Shown here piece after piece: positions 59,686-64,000 of a stretch of DNA of 64,000 bases; the first letter of the stretch is position 1, and the number at the start of each line of letters is the position of its first letter. The position numbers were made by a program, and so were the translations under genes. The stretch is from NCBI GenBank assembly GCA_963666285.1, contig OY762711.1. The stretch is one strand, 5' to 3'. The stretch is from Sedimentisphaerales bacterium (GTDB lineage Bacteria; Planctomycetota; Phycisphaerae; Sedimentisphaerales; SM23-30). The notes below the pieces were generated by a model. It was not told the origin of the DNA and did not search any database. It saw nothing but the letters and a program-made list of their open reading frames with translations.

Positions 59686-61344
59686 ATGCCGACTTTTATT
59701 TCTCAGGAAAACATGTCTGCTAAAACAAATAAAAAAACTGATAAGTTACTTAGAAGATACCTGGTTAATATGGACACCAGTCGTATGGGACACATATTTG
59801 CCGATTGTATTGTTATCGGTTCCGGTATCGCCGGTTTAAGAGCCGCTCTGGAAGCTTCCAGGTCTGGCCGGGTATTGCTCATTACCAAGGGTGATGTACC
59901 TGACAGTAATTCTTATTACGCTCAGGGCGGTATAGCTGCCGTTGTCAGGGATGATGATTCTTTTCAGGCTCATATTGACGACACGCTCAGTACCGGTTGT
60001 GGCTTATCCAATGAAGATGTTGTCAGTAAAGTTATCCGGGAGGCACCTGTTCATATAAACGAACTCGTCGGGTGGGGTACTCCGTTCGATAAAAATGACA
60101 CCGAGCTGGATGCCGGTCGCGAAGGCGGCCATTCAAACTTCAGGGTTGTTCATGCGCTGGGCGATGCTACCGGCAAAGCTATTGTCGAAACTCTCTGGCA
60201 GAAGGTTAAAGAGAACGATCGCATCAAGATTTTTGATAGATGCTATTGTATCGATCTGCTGACTAATGATGGACAATGTGTGGGAGTTGTCAACTGGCAT
60301 AATAAATATCGCATGCAATGCTGCTGGTCTGGCAATGTTATTCTTGCCACCGGTGGTGCTGGTAGGTTATGGCGTGAATCCACTAATCCGAACGTCTCTA
60401 CCGCCGATGGACTTGCTATGGCCTGGCGGGCCGGCGCCGTTCTGGCCGACCTCGAATTTATGCAGTTTCATCCTACCACAATTTATATCGCCGGTGCCGA
60501 CCGAACGCTTATTACCGAGGCACTTCGCGGTGAAGGCGCATATCTGGTCGATGCCGACGGCAACAGGTTTATGCAGGACTATCATGCGATGGCTGAGCTC
60601 GCCCCGCGCGATGTCGTCAGCCGGGCAATATTCGATCAAATGTCCAAAAAAAATACTACCAGTGTCTTTCTCGATGTTCGCCATCTTGGCAGCGAATTTT
60701 TGGATAGCCGTTTCCCTACTATCAGTGCCTTGTGCGGGTCGTTTGATATCGATGTCAATAATGACCTTATCCCTGTTCGGCCAAGTGCTCATTATATGAT
60801 CGGTGGTGTTTATACCGATATCAATGGCAGAACCAATTTGCCCGGACTCTTCTGTTGTGGCGAGGTTGCCTGCACAGGGCTTCATGGCGGCAATCGTCTG
60901 GCCAGTAACTCGCTGCTCGAAGCGCTTGTCTTTGGCAAAATATGCGGTCAGCAGGTTTGCGAAAATATCGAATCCGGCTCCAAGCCGCAAATGTTCCATA
61001 TGAACTATGAAGTCCCTCACTCTGAACGTTCGCGGTTGGACGTCCCTGATGTTATGAACTCGCTTATGGCTCTTATGTGGCGTAATGTCGGGGTTGCCCG
61101 CGAGCAGGGCCATCTTGCCGAGGCTGTCGAAATTATCGAGTTCTGGCAGAGATATGTTATGGACAAGGTTTTCGACAAACCGGCCGAATGGCAATGTCAG
61201 AATATGCTTACCGTTTGTCGGCAGATCGCTAAATTTGCCCTGCGGCGGCAGGAGTCTCGAGGCGTTCATTTCCGAACCGATTTCCTGGATACCTCTCAGG
61301 ATTTCCAGAAGCATTCCACCACCGAACCGGTCGATCTGAAATAG
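59686..61344 (+). CDS. nadB: L-aspartate oxidase
   Basis: IGSGIAGL, SYYAQGGIAA, REGGHS..RVVH, QFHPT, TEALRGEG, ELAPRDVV, HGGNRLASNSLLE, ESRGVHFR; start may be ATG 59713. Confidence 0.95.
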   Translation: MPTFISQENMSAKTNKKTDKLLRRYLVNMDTSRMGHIFADCIVIGSGIAGLRAALEASRSGRVLLITKGDVPDSNSYYAQGGIAAVVRDDDSFQAHIDDTLSTGCGLSNEDVVSKVIREAPVHINELVGWGTPFDKNDTELDAGREGGHSNFRVVHALGDATGKAIVETLWQKVKENDRIKIFDRCYCIDLLTNDGQCVGVVNWHNKYRMQCCWSGNVILATGGAGRLWRESTNPNVSTADGLAMAWRAGAVLADLEFMQFHPTTIYIAGADRTLITEALRGEGAYLVDADGNRFMQDYHAMAELAPRDVVSRAIFDQMSKKNTTSVFLDVRHLGSEFLDSRFPTISALCGSFDIDVNNDLIPVRPSAHYMIGGVYTDINGRTNLPGLFCCGEVACTGLHGGNRLASNSLLEALVFGKICGQQVCENIESGSKPQMFHMNYEVPHSERSRLDVPDVMNSLMALMWRNVGVAREQGHLAEAVEIIEFWQRYVMDKVFDKPAEWQCQNMLTVCRQIAKFALRRQESRGVHFRTDFLDTSQDFQKHSTTEPVDLK

Positions 61345-61346
61345 AC

Positions 61347-61625
61347 CTAAACATCAGCTTCCAGGATCTTTCGTTCGATAGCTTTATTCCGGAAATACAA
61401 TGCCAGGTCAACCAGCACCAGTAATCCGTTCAGGGCATATAGCCATGTAACCTGGTCAAAATCGTTTTGTATTTTGTGGATTATTCCCGCAATATATCCC
61501 ACCAGTACCATTAGTAAAAATCTGGCTGACTTACTGCCGACCTGGCGGCTTTTCCATGACTTATATATCGAAACCGGCCATGCCGCGCCAAAACAGACTA
61601 ACATTATTATTTCAAATATACTCAT
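61347..61625 (-). CDS. Small PQ-loop/SemiSWEET-like membrane protein
   Basis: Three TMs; FGAAWPVSIYKSWKSR..GSKS..FL. Confidence 0.7.
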   Translation of the reverse strand: MSIFEIIMLVCFGAAWPVSIYKSWKSRQVGSKSARFLLMVLVGYIAGIIHKIQNDFDQVTWLYALNGLLVLVDLALYFRNKAIERKILEADV

Positions 61626-61667
61626 AAGTGATTCTTATCTCGTATGCCATAACTTTCCCCTCTTGAG

Positions 61668-62252
61668 TTACCTTATTTCTTGTTTCCAGTCAACCGGCGG
61701 TTGCTCGTTATTAATGCTTATCATTTCGATATCGGTGATTTTATATTTATCGTTTCTGCCTCGATTATATGTAAACTGCCATTTACTCGTTGACATTCCT
61801 GCCATTGCATAATCACCGTTCTGGTCAAAAACTGTAAAGGCTGTAAACTCTACCAGGGCCTGGTCATCTTCAGCTTTAATTACGTTTAATGACTTGATGC
61901 TGTTTGAACTGAATTGTTTCTTCCTCAGGAAAGTTCTTATCGAGGCCGACATTTGATCGCGGCTGATACCGCCGATCTCCATTGTCTCATGCAACGCCCC
62001 GATGACAAAGCCACTGTCCGGTTTGACCGTTGCCTCAACAATTTTCCTGGTTAAGGCATCTGCCTGTTCCCGATTGGTTTCTACCGACCTGTCCAGCCCC
62101 CATACCACGACAGCTAAGATTACTCCTGACAATAATGCCAGGTGCCTCAAACGCCGTTGGGAAAAACTTATGTAGATTAACGCTCCGATTTCAACAGCTG
62201 CCGCTGCCAGGAATCCGTAAGAGGGGTCATCAAATATATAATACATTGCCAA
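61668..62252 (-). CDS. Hypothetical membrane protein (two N-terminal TMs, NTF2-like C-terminal region tentative)
   Basis: Hydrophobic N-terminus followed by VETNREQ; GGGAG upstream. Confidence 0.7.
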   Translation of the reverse strand: MAMYYIFDDPSYGFLAAAAVEIGALIYISFSQRRLRHLALLSGVILAVVVWGLDRSVETNREQADALTRKIVEATVKPDSGFVIGALHETMEIGGISRDQMSASIRTFLRKKQFSSNSIKSLNVIKAEDDQALVEFTAFTVFDQNGDYAMAGMSTSKWQFTYNRGRNDKYKITDIEMISINNEQPPVDWKQEIR

Positions 62253-62304
62253 TCTCCCGCTATTGAATAATTCTAATCTGACACCTGAAAATTAACTTAT
62301 ATAT

Positions 62305-62366
62305 TAGTTTACTTTCGCAGTTTTTAAGTTGTAAAAATCGCCTAAAAGGGCCTTCCTGCAACACTT
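62305..62366 (+). repeat. 62-bp dispersed repeat, copy 2
   Basis: 60/62 identical to 36651-36712. Confidence 0.9.
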
Positions 62367-62403
62367 ATTTTTTAAACAAACGTGAGACGATAGTCGAACA
62401 CCT

Positions 62404-62438
62404 CCCCTTATGCCTGATCCCTTATCTCTTATGCTTCT
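62404..62438. repeat. Degenerate 7-bp tandem repeat
   Basis: cccctta/tgcctga/tccctta/tctctta/tgcttct. Confidence 0.55.
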
Positions 62439-62467
62439 CAAACCGACCATCGGTCAGTTTGTGTTAG

Positions 62468-63478
62468 TTAATTTTCCATCTTTTCGATAGTAAATTTTAT
62501 CGGGGTTTTCTTACGGTTTATTATCTCTATCTTATCACCTGCCGGGCCGGTATTATACACTGGTATCCTCGCAATTTCCTTATCGATCATTGCCAGGTCT
62601 TCTTCCGTTATTACTATCATCAAATGTACCGGCGAATCATAGTAGCTGTCTAATACCTGGTTGTCTCCCCGGCATTGAATAGTCTGGTATTCATCCATCT
62701 GCGGTGACTTTTCGTCGATTACTATACGATACTTGCCTTCCATTGAATACGGCCATAGCACGCCAAACCTCGGCGAGTTAATCTCACGCTCCGGAACAAC
62801 GCTTATTATCGGTGATATCCTGATTGACACTTCGTATTCTGCTGCGCTTCGATATGGGGTAAAAACCGCGGCCTTGACTGTTATCGCTTTCTCCGTTGCT
62901 TCCTGACGCTGCTTGTCGGTTAGCTCTACTATCGCCTCTGTATTATTTCCTTCGATTATATATGCGTCCACCGTCTCGGGTACAACTTTTTCCGGGGATA
63001 GTTTCTGACCTCTGTGATACACCACTACCGGCACCGGTTTATTTACCAGCCTGGTAACTTTTACATTTACCGTTTGAGGTAATGCATCGGCAACCATCAG
63101 GAAGTGATTCCGTTCATCGATTTCAAATTTGCCTTCCAGCAAATCTCTTACCTTTAATGACACTATCTCAAACTTGCCCGGCTCCGGCAAAACATCAATT
63201 ATAGTCGTATTAATATCGTGTACACTGGAGTTTAGTTTCGCCGCCTGATTTACCCTGCCGGTTGTCCCTTCAACGGTAAGTTTGACATCCAGTTTATTAT
63301 CCGCCAGCGGAACATTATCCTCATCCAGAAATTCTATTATTGTATCACCTTCACTCTGGGGAATCTGCAGGCGAACGCGTACCTGGTCACGCTTCGTTAC
63401 CGCCTGCTCTGCTGTTACCCATATCAGGCACGTCAGTAATACGACGATGAAACCACTTTTTATCTTTTCTGCTATCAT
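62468..63478 (-). CDS. YbbR/CdaR-like membrane-anchored protein
   Basis: Single N-terminal TM ending LIWVTA, V.L.VEG and PQTVNVKV..LVNKPVPV motifs; directly downstream of dacA. Confidence 0.6.
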   Translation of the reverse strand: MIAEKIKSGFIVVLLTCLIWVTAEQAVTKRDQVRVRLQIPQSEGDTIIEFLDEDNVPLADNKLDVKLTVEGTTGRVNQAAKLNSSVHDINTTIIDVLPEPGKFEIVSLKVRDLLEGKFEIDERNHFLMVADALPQTVNVKVTRLVNKPVPVVVYHRGQKLSPEKVVPETVDAYIIEGNNTEAIVELTDKQRQEATEKAITVKAAVFTPYRSAAEYEVSIRISPIISVVPEREINSPRFGVLWPYSMEGKYRIVIDEKSPQMDEYQTIQCRGDNQVLDSYYDSPVHLMIVITEEDLAMIDKEIARIPVYNTGPAGDKIEIINRKKTPIKFTIEKMEN

Positions 63479-63561
63479 GTACTATTTTCTTTCACAGTTG
63501 TCAAACTGCAAAAACAGCTAACCCTGAAAAGCCGGAACTTACATTGAACTTGATTCCTGCT

Positions 63562-63999
63562 TTACCCTTTTTTGGGTGTCTTTTTCTTTTCTTTTTCCTG
63601 TTTCGAAAGAACTGTCAGGTCGAATAACTGCTGACGCAGCTGCTCAACTGTTAGAAACCTTGCCAGCTTGCCATTCAATGCCAGCGAAATATTACCTGTC
63701 TCCTCGCTCACTACCACAATCGCGGCATCTGTTACCTTACTCAAACCTATCGCTGCTCTATGTCGGGAGCCTAACTGGCGATCGTATTCTCCATGCTCGG
63801 CCAGCGGAAACTGTACGCCCGCCGCTTTCACCAGGCCGTTGCTCACTACCACTCCCATATCATGCAGCGGAGTGCCGGGCCAGAATATCGTATTCAAAAG
63901 GTCAATACTAACCTTTGCATCCAGCATAGTGCCGGTCGCCATCCAGTCGCCAAGTTTTACATCTCGTTCGATTGCTATTATCGCTCCGATATGTGCCCG
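63562..63999 (-). CDS. dacA: Diadenylate cyclase (DisA_N/DAC domain), 5' part outside the window
   Basis: Frame open to the window end (HIGAIIAIER); FWPGTPLHDMG, LGSRHRAAIGLS..TDA..VVVSEETG.IS. Confidence 0.9.
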   Translation of the reverse strand, partial: RAHIGAIIAIERDVKLGDWMATGTMLDAKVSIDLLNTIFWPGTPLHDMGVVVSNGLVKAAGVQFPLAEHGEYDRQLGSRHRAAIGLSKVTDAAIVVVSEETGNISLALNGKLARFLTVEQLRQQLFDLTVLSKQEKEKKKTPKKG

Positions 64000-64000
64000 G

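Noticed and set aside
60367..61314. 315-aa antisense ORF inside nadB
   Set aside because: Partial overlap of a GC-richer conserved housekeeping gene, where in-register antisense frames arise readily from codon bias; no recognisable motifs.

Overview
Chromosomal window most consistent with a planctomycete of the Phycisphaerae/Sedimentisphaerales type. This is inferred from an LExLExRxLL N-terminal motif, a 'DFALMAANWL' dockerin-like tail, a VPAPG PEP-CTERM variant and a coaE-rho linkage. Housekeeping genes (aconitase, msrAB, mgtE, coaE, rho, recA, hisS, topA, fliS, nadB, dacA) are interspersed with glycoside hydrolases, glycosyltransferases, chemotaxis proteins and large secreted mosaic proteins. 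The best candidate for an undescribed system is a ~1.65-kb mobile element (37021-38673). It has no terminal inverted repeats, is bounded by CTAA, and sits inside a 7-bp tandem repeat whose unit is restored on in-silico excision. It encodes a protein with Rep_trans-like rolling-circle nickase motifs plus a winged HTH, and carries a 528-codon stop-free antisense ORF in codon register. Other highlights: a candidate CCTAAC-type operator over the recA promoter, an Asn-rich prion-like insert in Rho, a CZB-like domain in the extracytoplasmic part of a chemoreceptor, sigma-28-like promoters (one before topA), and non-coding heptamer/REP-like mosaics. No rRNA, tRNA or CRISPR array was recognised. All family calls come from motif recognition by eye, not from database searches.
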